Origin: an uncultured virus (IMG/VR IMGVR_UViG_3300028840_003967)
Taxonomy: Duplodnaviria; Heunggongvirae; Uroviricota; Caudoviricetes
Length of the DNA stretch: 20,000 bases
IMG/VR virus record: IMGVR_UViG_3300028840_003967
Span: 55,834 to 75,833 of that record
Direction: 5' to 3' (one strand)
Shown: piece after piece, positions 1 to 7,833 of the stretch
Numbering within the stretch: position 1 is the first letter of the stretch
How the letters are laid out: the number at the start of each line of letters is the position of its first letter
Translations under genes and position numbers: made by a program
The notes under the pieces: generated by a model
The model's database searches: none
What the model saw: the letters and a program-made list of their open reading frames with translations, nothing else
What the model was told of the DNA's origin: nothing

Positions 1-721
1 TCGCGGATAGACTATGGAAAGTCGGATCGGACGGAGTTCCGGCATTATAGAGTTCGCGGACTTCTTCAGCCGTCAACTCAGCGTTCCAGATTGTCGCGCT
101 CGTTGAGAATCCATCGAAGAATCTGCTAAATCCGTCACGGGAACTTATGGCAAGATTCGCCGCCGCTTCGACTATGGTGGCCGTCAAGTTGTCTCCCGTG
201 ATGTTGTTCCGCGTTAGTTCCTTGCCGTCCAAATACAGCTTCACACCTGAAGCCGCGCTGCTTCCGTCATAGGTCACGCACACATGATGCCACAGGCCGT
301 TGTTGACTTCTCTGTAGCCTATGGGAAAATCCACTTCGATCCCGTTCAAGGTATCCGTACTCGTTATGCCAACGACAAAATCGGGATTAGACGGACGGTA
401 AACAAGCGACCAACCTCTCCTTGTTCCTCCGTCCAGCCGCTTGCTCAAAAGAGCGCCGACAGTGGAAAGTTCAAGAGTGCAAAACCAAATGCCGAAAGAA
501 AACGAGTCCAGCCGGTCGAACTGAATCTCTGCCGGATTCCCGATGTCAATCCAGTCGTTGACTCCATCGAATTCAAGAGTCTCTGTCAATGCCAGGGCGG
601 AAGCAACAGGTATGCCCGCGATCAACTTTTCCTGGTCCGTAAGACCACCAGGAAGAGTATCCCCGATAGGAAGTTCCTGCTTCTGTCCAGCAATGACAAC
701 AACCGGCCTTCGAACGGCCAT
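1..721 (-). CDS. LamG/concanavalin-A-like jelly-roll domain virion protein (C-terminus runs off the window start)
   Basis: Not in the ORF track. Manual translation from ATG at 721 (AAGGA RBS upstream) gives MAVRRPVVVIAGQKQELPIGDTL...LEFDGVNDWIDIGN...SFSFGIWF...NNGLWHHVCVTYDGSSAASGVKLYLDG...IWNAELTAEEVRELYN, which are classic LamG_3 motifs. The frame is open to position 1. Confidence 0.88.
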   Translation of the reverse strand, partial: MAVRRPVVVIAGQKQELPIGDTLPGGLTDQEKLIAGIPVASALALTETLEFDGVNDWIDIGNPAEIQFDRLDSFSFGIWFCTLELSTVGALLSKRLDGGTRRGWSLVYRPSNPDFVVGITSTDTLNGIEVDFPIGYREVNNGLWHHVCVTYDGSSAASGVKLYLDGKELTRNNITGDNLTATIVEAAANLAISSRDGFSRFFDGFSTSATIWNAELTAEEVRELYNAGTPSDPTFHSLSA

Positions 722-731
722 GATTCAGTCC

Positions 732-1187
732 TTATACCAGAAGAACGGTGTCGCTGATCTCGATTTCGATCTCGGTGGTGCTGATCGCCTTGCCGAGAAG
801 AATCACGACTTCGCCCGCTCCGGTCGGGGCGACTTCCGTTCGCAATCCCGCCGTCGCCGCCGAAAGACACTGCTTGGCCCCCGGCGTGAGTCCGGTGAAT
901 CCGTCCAGGACGCCATCATGCTGGATGTCTCCGATGGCGGCGGGGGCAATGGACGAACTTCGAACGAACCTGTAGGTCGGATTGGAGGTTCCAAGGGCAT
1001 CCGCCTTGGCCAGATCAACGGAGTTGGCTCCGTTGATGTAGACCACTTGGCCTTTGGAGATCGCTCCCGCGTTTCCATTCGTCATTTGGGAAACGCCGAC
1101 ACCGGTCACGGGTGCATCCAAGGTATCTCCTGCGGGAAGCTCCTGCTTTTGACCCTGAATGACGACAAGAGGTTTTCGCAGCGCCAT
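732..1187 (-). CDS. Putative virion decoration/cement-like protein (DUF2190-like beta fold)
   Basis: AAGGAG RBS. Pattern AISKGQVVYING...VDLAKADA...GLTPGA...LGKAISTTEIEIEI resembles phage DUF2190-like/head-fibre domains. Lies in a structural gene cluster. Confidence 0.6.
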   Translation of the reverse strand: MALRKPLVVIQGQKQELPAGDTLDAPVTGVGVSQMTNGNAGAISKGQVVYINGANSVDLAKADALGTSNPTYRFVRSSSIAPAAIGDIQHDGVLDGFTGLTPGAKQCLSAATAGLRTEVAPTGAGEVVILLGKAISTTEIEIEISDTVLLV

Positions 1188-1198
1188 CTCTCTTCTCC

Positions 1199-1606
1199 TT
1201 ATGCCAAAATGATCGAGGGTTCAATCTTGATCTCCAAAACCTGCGGACTCAAAGCTCTTCCAACTTTCTGAACGATTTGTCCTGTTCCTGTCGGTGGAAC
1301 GGTAGCCATTTTACCGCTCACAAGATCGAGATAGTAGATCGCCATTGCCGACAAAGAAACGGTTCCTGTTATTGGCGTCCAGTCACTCAACTCGAATCTT
1401 CCCGAAAACTGAACTTTCGCGACAAAAGTAGGAGCAGCCCCGGCGACAACAAGCCCTATGGCATTGCGCGTGTTGTTTGCCGATGTGGCCCGCAAAACTC
1501 CTATTCCTGAACTGTCCACGGCGACGACATGACCCTTGATTAGAGAGATAGCGTCCTTGTTCACTCCCTTCAAGAATTCCGTAGGAAGTACGGTCGCTAC
1601 AGCCAT
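1199..1606 (-). CDS. Putative virion decoration protein, paralogue of 732..1187
   Basis: IKGHVVAV...AIGLV...YYLDLVSGKMATVPPTGTGQIVQKVGRALSPQVLEIKIEPSIIL aligns by eye with the C-terminal half of 732..1187. Confidence 0.6.
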   Translation of the reverse strand: MAVATVLPTEFLKGVNKDAISLIKGHVVAVDSSGIGVLRATSANNTRNAIGLVVAGAAPTFVAKVQFSGRFELSDWTPITGTVSLSAMAIYYLDLVSGKMATVPPTGTGQIVQKVGRALSPQVLEIKIEPSIILA

Positions 1607-1617
1607 CGCTCAGTTCC

Positions 1618-1953
1618 TTAGGCCGGATAGTTCTCTTGAGTTCCGCCTAGAATCGCTCCGTCTGACACGAGATCGAGGTAAATCCGATCTTCCAGATCAG
1701 CAGGTGTGGATTCCCCTATCAACGTGTCGTAGTCACTGTCCTCGTACACCTTCAAGCCGCTGTGGCCGGGAGCCGTGGAAGGAACCCAATCGCTGCCGTC
1801 GGTCCTGCCGATCTCCCAAAAGGCTTCAAGCCTTCTGAGCGCCGGATAGTTGATGTATCTTGAAAGGCGCACATGATCGTAGGAAACAGGCGTTCCGCCT
1901 GCCGTGTCCACGCTTACGGCGTTCTCACCAAGATCATGCTGGCGTCTTGCCAT
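1618..1953 (-). CDS. Hypothetical acidic phage protein downstream of fibre genes
   Basis: AAGGAG-N7-ATG at 1953 (MARRQHDLGEN...) is preferred over the track start at 2004. Packs against the RBS of the next gene. Confidence 0.7.
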   Translation of the reverse strand: MARRQHDLGENAVSVDTAGGTPVSYDHVRLSRYINYPALRRLEAFWEIGRTDGSDWVPSTAPGHSGLKVYEDSDYDTLIGESTPADLEDRIYLDLVSDGAILGGTQENYPA

Positions 1954-2030
1954 GGTCCATCTCCTTGTTCTTCTTCGTGTCGGCCACGTGCATGGACTCG
2001 ACATCCTCGATCAGATCGTACAAGTCGCCC

Positions 2031-2054
2031 GCGGCCCCCAGAAAGGGGGACCGC
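2031..2054. other. GC-rich stem-loop at the edge of the GC-rich segment
   Basis: GCGGCCCCC-AGAAAG-GGGGACCGC inverted repeat just downstream of the 2062 stop. It lacks a U-tract, so a terminator function is uncertain. Confidence 0.4.
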
Positions 2055-2061
2055 CAAATCC

Positions 2062-2280
2062 TTACGCTTCCGTCCCGGCCGCCTCGCCCGGGGCCTTCCG
2101 GACGATCGCGCCGTCCCGCGTGACGCGGTCGCCTTCGCCCAGGCCGTACTTCGCGGCGATCAGTTCGCGCAAGAGTCCCACGCGTTCCGCCGCGTGCCGC
2201 GCGTCGCGTTCCGCGGCCCCTTGCGCGTCCAAGGCCGCCGCCAGCCGCGCCAGGTCCTTTTCCTCCACCCGCTCCGCCAT
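2062..2280 (-). CDS. Small helical phage protein, possible fibre-associated chaperone
   Basis: ATG at 2280 after AGGAG inside the 63-bp leader repeat. Coiled-coil-like N-half followed by KYGLGEGDRVTRDGAIVR. Confidence 0.7.
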   Translation of the reverse strand: MAERVEEKDLARLAAALDAQGAAERDARHAAERVGLLRELIAAKYGLGEGDRVTRDGAIVRKAPGEAAGTEA

Positions 2281-2282
2281 GG

Positions 2283-2345
2283 TTCGGCTCCTGGCTCTTG
2301 GCTCCTGGCTCTTAGTTGTGGCTGTCAATCCGCAATCCGCATTCC
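2283..2345. repeat. 63-bp direct repeat, copy 1 (heptamer-built intergenic leader)
   Basis: TTCGGCTCCTGGCTCTTGGCTCCTGGCTCTTAGTTGTGGCTGTCAATCCGCAATCCGCATTCC, identical to 2670..2732. Confidence 0.95.
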
Positions 2346-2356
2346 CCAGCGGGCCG

Positions 2357-2665
2357 CTACCGAACGGCGTCCAACGACGCGCCGATCTCCTCGTCGACCG
2401 CCGCCCGCGCCGCGTTCAGCGCTTCCAGGCGCGCGGTCAGTTCGGCTTGCTCGGCCACGGCGTCGGTCAACAGCGCTTCCCGCGCCCGCTCCAGCGCCCG
2501 GATCGCGTCGGAGAGAAGCATCTCATGCAGCCGCGCCTTGGCCTCGGCCTTGGAGACCGCGCCGCTCGCGATGTCCGCGGCCAGGTCCGCTTCGCGCCGC
2601 GCGGGGTCGATTCCCACGCTGACTTGCACCTTCCCGTCCGTCGCCGTCTTCACTTCCACGCTCAT
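2357..2665 (-). CDS. Ala-rich coiled-coil protein, possible fibre assembly factor
   Basis: ATG after AGGAG in the leader repeat. Heptad-rich sequence directly downstream of a fibre gene. Confidence 0.7.
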   Translation of the reverse strand: MSVEVKTATDGKVQVSVGIDPARREADLAADIASGAVSKAEAKARLHEMLLSDAIRALERAREALLTDAVAEQAELTARLEALNAARAAVDEEIGASLDAVR

Positions 2666-2669
2666 GGTC

Positions 2670-2732
2670 TTCGGCTCCTGGCTCTTGGCTCCTGGCTCTT
2701 AGTTGTGGCTGTCAATCCGCAATCCGCATTCC
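2670..2732. repeat. 63-bp direct repeat, copy 2
   Basis: Identical to 2283..2345, followed by one more CAATCCGCA unit. Confidence 0.95.
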
Positions 2733-2747
2733 TCAATCCGCAGTCGT

Positions 2748-4124
2748 TCAACTCACGACGGCGAGCTTCCGGCTGTTGCCCGCGGCATCCTTGACCGTGA
2801 TGTACCCCGTGACCGTTTCCGCGCCGATGGCCGCGTGCGTGCCGAACTTGACGGAGCCGGTGGGGTTGAGGAAGAGATCGCCGGCGAGGGTGTCGATTTC
2901 CCCGTCGGTCCCGTCGTGGCGGATGCGCAGATCGTCGGTGCCCGCCACGCCGCCGGGCTGGCGCACGACGAAGCGGCCGTCGGCGCCCGCGCCGCCATAC
3001 CCAAGCGCTCCAGGCTCGAAAACGAAGCTGCCGCCATCGGGGTTGGCGCCGCCGGATACCCCGCCGCTTTGGCCCTTAAAATAGGCATCCATTCCCGATA
3101 CGGTCGTGGCGGCACAGAAGTCTCCCGGTTCCGTGTCGGCGAAGCGCAGGAACGTATTCGTATCGCCGAGTAGCTGTCCGGGTTTCACAAGCGAGAAGAC
3201 TTGCCCCGTGCCGGTCCCCAAACCGCGGACATATGCGGTTCTCCAGTTGAACGTCACGTGCCCGAAATCGACGTTGCCATCGTTCCCGGGGAAGACATTC
3301 GTCGCCAACAGGTACAGCGACGACTGGTTGTTCTTGAACGAGATGACCGCGCCGCCCGGAGAAGAGATCTTGCCGAAGCTGCCGTCGTTATAGATGCTGA
3401 GATCGTCGCTTCCCGCCACGCCGCCGGGCTGGCGCACGACGAAGCGGCCGTCGGCGCCCGCGCCGCTCGCGCCCTTGGCGCCCGGTTCGAAGATAAAGGA
3501 CCCGCCGTCCGGGTTGGCGCCGCCGGATACCCCGCCGCTTTGGCCCTTAAAATAGGCATCCATTCCGTCCGTATCGACCGCGGCGGCGAAGTCGGAAGGC
3601 TCCGCGCTGCCCAGCTTGAGCAAAGCGTTGGCGTCCGAAGGGTCGTCCGGGTCCGTGCCCACCACCAGGTCGGTGCCGTCGTCGGTCAGCCGGGACGCGC
3701 CGAGCGTCTGGCCGCCCGCGTCGGTCCACCGGGGGATCGCGTACTGCGTGCCTTCGGCCTGGAGGCCGCCGCCGGACAAATCGTGATCCGTTCCGGCGTC
3801 GTCTGTAAACATGATGACATTCGGAGTATCGCTTTTCACCCACAAGATGCCTTTTCCGGGTGCCGGAGTTCCTGGGTGATCCGCGCGTTCCGTGAAAGCA
3901 ACGCCGCCACTCAGATCAACAGTCTTGTCCGTGTTGTTCCATTTGAAAGCGTTGTCCGTTCCAAAGGTCGAAGTGTCTACAACAAATAGAACTTGATTCG
4001 CGGCAGCGGTCGGTCCGTTCAAAGAATCCGGTTTCAATTTTTCGTGATCGACCACGCCGCCTCTTGTTACAAGAAGTTCGCCTGTACTTCCAGACGTGAG
4101 TTGTTTCACGGCTACCTGAGGCAT
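2748..4124 (-). CDS. Tail/head fibre-like protein with an internal duplication
   Basis: Gly-rich beta-repeat sequence, 458 aa, AGGAG RBS. A segment of about 60 aa (GMDAYFKGQSGG...VVRQPGGVAG) is duplicated. C-terminal GTHAAIGAETVTGYITVKDAAGNSRKLAVVS is fibre-tip-like. Confidence 0.75.
   Translation of the reverse strand: MPQVAVKQLTSGSTGELLVTRGGVVDHEKLKPDSLNGPTAAANQVLFVVDTSTFGTDNAFKWNNTDKTVDLSGGVAFTERADHPGTPAPGKGILWVKSDTPNVIMFTDDAGTDHDLSGGGLQAEGTQYAIPRWTDAGGQTLGASRLTDDGTDLVVGTDPDDPSDANALLKLGSAEPSDFAAAVDTDGMDAYFKGQSGGVSGGANPDGGSFIFEPGAKGASGAGADGRFVVRQPGGVAGSDDLSIYNDGSFGKISSPGGAVISFKNNQSSLYLLATNVFPGNDGNVDFGHVTFNWRTAYVRGLGTGTGQVFSLVKPGQLLGDTNTFLRFADTEPGDFCAATTVSGMDAYFKGQSGGVSGGANPDGGSFVFEPGALGYGGAGADGRFVVRQPGGVAGTDDLRIRHDGTDGEIDTLAGDLFLNPTGSVKFGTHAAIGAETVTGYITVKDAAGNSRKLAVVS
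2941..3566. repeat. Intragenic direct repeat with 471-bp period
   Basis: 2941..2995 equals 3412..3466 (55 bp identical) and 3040..3095 equals 3511..3566 (56 bp identical). A diverged 44-bp block separates them. Confidence 0.92.
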
Positions 4125-4147
4125 GGTAAGACTCCTAAACGAAGACT

Positions 4148-4180
4148 AGGGATGGGGGAGATAATCACTCCCCCATCCCT
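4148..4180 (-). terminator. Stem-loop, probable weak intrinsic terminator or processing site
   Basis: Perfect 13-bp stem AGGGATGGGGGAG / CTCCCCCATCCCT with a 7-nt loop between two fibre genes. The tail on the minus strand (AGTCTTCGTTT) is only partly U-rich. Confidence 0.6.
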
Positions 4181-4201
4181 TCCCATGCGGCGTCAAAAAG
4201 A

Positions 4202-5608
4202 TCAGACATGCGTATCCAGAACGATGTCGATCTTATCTGTCGCGGCCAACTCGTATCCGGCGACACTACCGTTCCAGCGCAGCGTATCGCCGTTGGCGAG
4301 ATTGGTCTTATCGCGGGCCGTGGTGGTGTCTCCCTGGCCGAAGTAGCATTCACCGGAATTGTCGTCGCTGACGTACATCTTCACACCGTTGACATACACA
4401 GCCACATCACAATCGCCCTTTGGCAGAGCCGCCGTGGCAATGGTGGTATCCGTGGCCTTGTCGCCATCCGAAGACGTGACGTTCGCAGTGAGATTCTTGT
4501 AGCTCTGAGTGGACACCGGAGCCTTGATCCCGCCAGCCGCCACGAGAACGGAAGTACCATCGTTCTTGACAGAGAGCGTAGCGCCTGCCCCGCCGTCAAT
4601 CCCGTTCCCTTGAGCAGCCAAACGCAGATTGGCCGAACCATCCGCTTCGATTCCAGTTCCGGCGATAGCCGCAATGTCAACGCCCACACCGTTTGACGTG
4701 ACATTCACGCCTTGGATGTTTCCGCCGGTTTCGGAATCGATGTCGATAGTGAGAAGATGTTCGTTTCCGCCGCCAGCCGTCTGCGCAAGGCCGTTGCCCG
4801 CAATTTCACTGGCATCGACCTGAACGTTGTCGGCGTTGACTTGAACACCCTTTCCGGCATCGCCCACATCGAGATCGCTTCCATTTTCGACAAGGCCCGC
4901 ACCAGCGCCCGCCGACGTAATAGCGGTGAACTGCGTCCATGATCCCGTCGGCACAGTGCCGTCGAAAACGTAGCCGTAGTTCTCGAACACGCAGGCTTCA
5001 CCACGAACCAACGCAGCTTCGCCATCCGTTACCGTGATGAAAGAGGGAGTAAGACTCGTCCCATCCCACTCCGCAATCTTGCCGTCATCCGTGCCGTCCG
5101 TGGCAGGACTGTACAAGGTTTCGCTTTCCGAAACGATAGCACGAGTGCCGTCAGGCGGATAGTTGCTGGAATGCCCGACAATGATCTTCCAGGAAGTCCC
5201 GTCGAACTCCGCAATGTCGCCTTCATCCAGTTCGTCCGACGTTCCGGCAGTCGGTGTCCCGGTGGCTCCCGTCGCAACAACGGCCCAACCCGCGCTCGGC
5301 GAAAGAGCATTGATTTCCGCGACGGTCCTGTTCCCTATGTACGTGCGAACATGCACGGGTTCAAGCCAACTCAATCCCGCGACAGCGGCATCAAGTTGGC
5401 CCTTGTTCACGGCATCGGTTGAATCGGTGCCGTTCGCAAGATTGGTCAGCTTGTTGCTGCCCATACTCTGAGCAGCAGTGAACGCTTGACCACCGTCAGC
5501 CTGAATCACGGCTTCGGCCAATTTCGAAAGCGCGATGGCGGCAGAAGCCGAGATTTGAGAGTTGGTGATCGTCAGCGCCTTGATCTGTTTGCCGTTGATC
5601 TGAGGCAT
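4202..5608 (-). CDS. Fibre-like virion protein with a YadA-stalk/neck-like motif
   Basis: MGSNKLTNLANGTDSTDAVNKGQLD neck-like motif and GxG(I/L) shaft repeats. Its C-terminal domain is shared with 5623..6342. Confidence 0.78.
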   Translation of the reverse strand: MPQINGKQIKALTITNSQISASAAIALSKLAEAVIQADGGQAFTAAQSMGSNKLTNLANGTDSTDAVNKGQLDAAVAGLSWLEPVHVRTYIGNRTVAEINALSPSAGWAVVATGATGTPTAGTSDELDEGDIAEFDGTSWKIIVGHSSNYPPDGTRAIVSESETLYSPATDGTDDGKIAEWDGTSLTPSFITVTDGEAALVRGEACVFENYGYVFDGTVPTGSWTQFTAITSAGAGAGLVENGSDLDVGDAGKGVQVNADNVQVDASEIAGNGLAQTAGGGNEHLLTIDIDSETGGNIQGVNVTSNGVGVDIAAIAGTGIEADGSANLRLAAQGNGIDGGAGATLSVKNDGTSVLVAAGGIKAPVSTQSYKNLTANVTSSDGDKATDTTIATAALPKGDCDVAVYVNGVKMYVSDDNSGECYFGQGDTTTARDKTNLANGDTLRWNGSVAGYELAATDKIDIVLDTHV

Positions 5609-5622
5609 TTTCTTTTTCTCCC

Positions 5623-6342
5623 TTAAACCACGTAGACTAGATCGATCTTGTCCGTTGGGGCTAGTTCATAGGTCGCTACGCTCCCCATCCAACGCAAACT
5701 ATCGCCAGCTTGAATGTTGGCGATTGCCCTTGGCACACTGGGTGTAGCTGGATCGGCGAAATAGCACTCTTTCGTCTTAACACCGTCTCCAACTTCAACA
5801 CCAAGCCCGTTGACAAAGACAAGGACCATTCCATTTGCTACAGGCGTGATTGAAATGCCGCCAGCCATGGCAGCATCTTCGTCGCTGGTAGTTGCATTGG
5901 CAGTAATGCCTTTGTCTGCGATGGCCAGCGCATCCGTTGTTCCTCCCCCACCGGCCAAGGGAAAAACTTTCATAAACGTGAGTGTGGTAACGCCGACAGT
6001 AATAGGATCGTCAGTTACAAGTATCCATCCCGTATCGCCGTTCGTCGTTCCTTCTGTGACGACTACCACAAGTCCGGCAGTAACATCTTGATCCTGGTTC
6101 GCGTCCGTCGCGCGGACGGGGGGACCAGCAGATTGAATTACCCAAATTCCGTTCTCGAAGTTCCCATTGTCCTTCACGAGAACACGGTCGCCACCAACAA
6201 GAACTTCACCGTCGAGATTGAATCCGGGTATCAGATTGGTAAGAACAACAGGTGCCGTCGTAGCGGCACGAACACTGGCTTTGAAGTCCAGTGCATCTAT
6301 GACGGCTTGACTTACTCCACTAGCTGCACTAAGGCGACTCAT
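5623..6342 (-). CDS. Fibre/decoration-type virion protein
   Basis: LDFKASVRAATTA...LDG...GDRVLVKD...ENGIWV...RATDA...VTEGTTNGDTGW...ITVGVTTLTF is a widespread phage fibre-associated domain. C-terminal domain is paralogous to 4202..5608. Confidence 0.8.
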   Translation of the reverse strand: MSRLSAASGVSQAVIDALDFKASVRAATTAPVVLTNLIPGFNLDGEVLVGGDRVLVKDNGNFENGIWVIQSAGPPVRATDANQDQDVTAGLVVVVTEGTTNGDTGWILVTDDPITVGVTTLTFMKVFPLAGGGGTTDALAIADKGITANATTSDEDAAMAGGISITPVANGMVLVFVNGLGVEVGDGVKTKECYFADPATPSVPRAIANIQAGDSLRWMGSVATYELAPTDKIDLVYVV

Positions 6343-6763
6343 CTAAGACACCCTCCGCACACGTCACGGCCAAAGGATACGTGGTCGTCTTCGGAGTCCA
6401 GGCGTAATCTCGTTTCAACCAAAGATTGCGCCAAACGAAGACACCATTCCCATGTTCGTTGATTCTGTTGACCAAGGCCGTAACTTGCGGAGATTGCCGG
6501 TAGTCGGGATTTGGTCCCTTGTAGTTTGCTCTGTCACTAACGTAAGGACAACCATTGGGAAGTTGTCTTTGCTTAACTGCCTCGCGAACAGTGAGACAGA
6601 AATGAATCCTTGTGAACCTACTCTGATAGCACGAACAAAGTTTGGACGCCAACTTGCAGCAATAGAAAGGCGTGAAAAACAAAACGCCCTTCTCATCAGG
6701 AAGTGCCACGTAGCAGCAAATCCCGCATTTCGTGCACAGAGTCGGATCGTCCAAGTTCACCAT
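6329..6763 (-). CDS. CxxCxxCC (YkgJ/YcgN-like) cysteine-cluster metal-binding protein
   Basis: CTKCGICC...C...LCSCY..RF...CL......LPNGCPY. The start at 6763 overlaps the upstream stop (TGATG). Confidence 0.8.
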   Translation of the reverse strand: MVNLDDPTLCTKCGICCYVALPDEKGVLFFTPFYCCKLASKLCSCYQSRFTRIHFCLTVREAVKQRQLPNGCPYVSDRANYKGPNPDYRQSPQVTALVNRINEHGNGVFVWRNLWLKRDYAWTPKTTTYPLAVTCAEGVLDESP

Positions 6764-7098
6764 CAGACTTTCATCACCCTGATTGCCGTTACAGCTTTTG
6801 TGTTCCCACAAAGAAGTTCAAGCGTCTCAGGTTGTCGATTCGGTTCCTCGAATTCCAGGTCTTCGCCCGGAATGAGGAAAGGGTACGAAGCATCAAGAAC
6901 AGCTTCGGTCTTCGGCAACGTTCCACCAAGCATTCCAGCTTTCCCAAGCGTATAGTAAACCTTGTCCGAGTTAGTGAGGGGATTCTTGATGATGAAACGA
7001 CGCATGGGACGGCCAAATACAACGATTGATCCATCGTCGTGATTGACATCCACGATGCCACCTTGTTTGTCCGTCAAGTCAAGAGTTGTGACAGCCAT
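6763..7098 (-). CDS. Hypothetical beta-rich phage protein
   Basis: AAGGAG RBS, 111 aa, coupled to the downstream gene. Confidence 0.75.
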   Translation of the reverse strand: MAVTTLDLTDKQGGIVDVNHDDGSIVVFGRPMRRFIIKNPLTNSDKVYYTLGKAGMLGGTLPKTEAVLDASYPFLIPGEDLEFEEPNRQPETLELLCGNTKAVTAIRVMKV

Positions 7099-7110
7099 CT
7101 TTCACACTCC

Positions 7111-7359
7111 TTACAATGGGCTTTGACGGCCACGTTGAATCCGAAACTTCTTGTTGCTGCGTTCGGTGGAGGGACGCGCAGAAAGCGTGTTGTCTCTTCC
7201 GCCTCTCGGCAAAGCGCCTGCCTCTCTTTTGAAAGCACTCTTGGCGCTACCCATGTTGATTGTCACATCGGGAGTATATTTCGCCGAAGACTGCTTTCTC
7301 GTCCGCTTCGCGGTATTCCGTTTCGGTTCACGAGGGCCTTGATTGACTTTCTTCCCCAT
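7111..7359 (-). CDS. Small basic (K/R-rich) hypothetical protein
   Basis: AGGAG RBS. Fits the gap between its neighbours exactly. Confidence 0.7.
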   Translation of the reverse strand: MGKKVNQGPREPKRNTAKRTRKQSSAKYTPDVTINMGSAKSAFKREAGALPRGGRDNTLSARPSTERSNKKFRIQRGRQSPL

Positions 7360-7362
7360 GAT

Positions 7363-7833
7363 TCACACTCTCCTATTCCGAACGCTCCTCGCAAGTCTTT
7401 CATTCAGATTCCCGTGCCGACTTCCCCTTCTTGTGTCACGAGGACGAGCGATCTTTTTTCTGAATGCCTCTTTCTTACGCTCTACCTCGCGGTTTGTTTT
7501 GGCCTGTTCTTCGAGGAATTTCTGACGGCGCTCCAACTCGGAATCCCTTGCGTTTGAGACTGGACTCGGTTGAAGGCTTGAGTTTTGTCTTGCCAAACTT
7601 TCCCCGCCTTGTGCTGATTGCCCGGATTGAACTTGCGATTGCATTTCGCGGAGCCTTAGCGCCTCTTCGATCCGGTACTTTACTCTTTCCTTGCGGTGCT
7701 TTTCCCTTACCAGCCTGTCCTTTGATGGGCTGCTTCTGCCGGGATTGATCCACGCCATCGGCACGGGCTTGTGTTGTGGCGGAAGCGGACTCGGGGAACT
7801 CTTCAGGGGGTCTTCCACGAGGAACCCTTTCAC
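7363..7833 (-). CDS. Possible overlapping-frame basic/coiled-coil protein
   Basis: AAGGA-N5-GTG start inside 7475..7966. Its stop lies 3 nt before the next ATG, so it fills the otherwise empty 7363-7474 gap. Confidence 0.45.
   Translation of the reverse strand: MKGFLVEDPLKSSPSPLPPQHKPVPMAWINPGRSSPSKDRLVREKHRKERVKYRIEEALRLREMQSQVQSGQSAQGGESLARQNSSLQPSPVSNARDSELERRQKFLEEQAKTNREVERKKEAFRKKIARPRDTRRGSRHGNLNERLARSVRNRRV

Noticed and set aside
2283..2732. CRISPR array or att sites
   Set aside because: Only two 63-bp copies separated by a whole gene and built from heptamers. No cas or integrase gene is visible.
2941..3566. Diversity-generating retroelement TR/VR pair in the fibre gene
   Set aside because: Differences between the copies are not adenine-specific, both copies are in frame inside one ORF, and no reverse transcriptase is in the window.
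284..4346. Long plus-strand ORFs (e.g. 543..1271, 1873..2622, 1904..2794, 3201..3989)
   Set aside because: Antisense shadows of well-supported minus-strand genes in GC-rich DNA, with no RBS or recognisable motifs.
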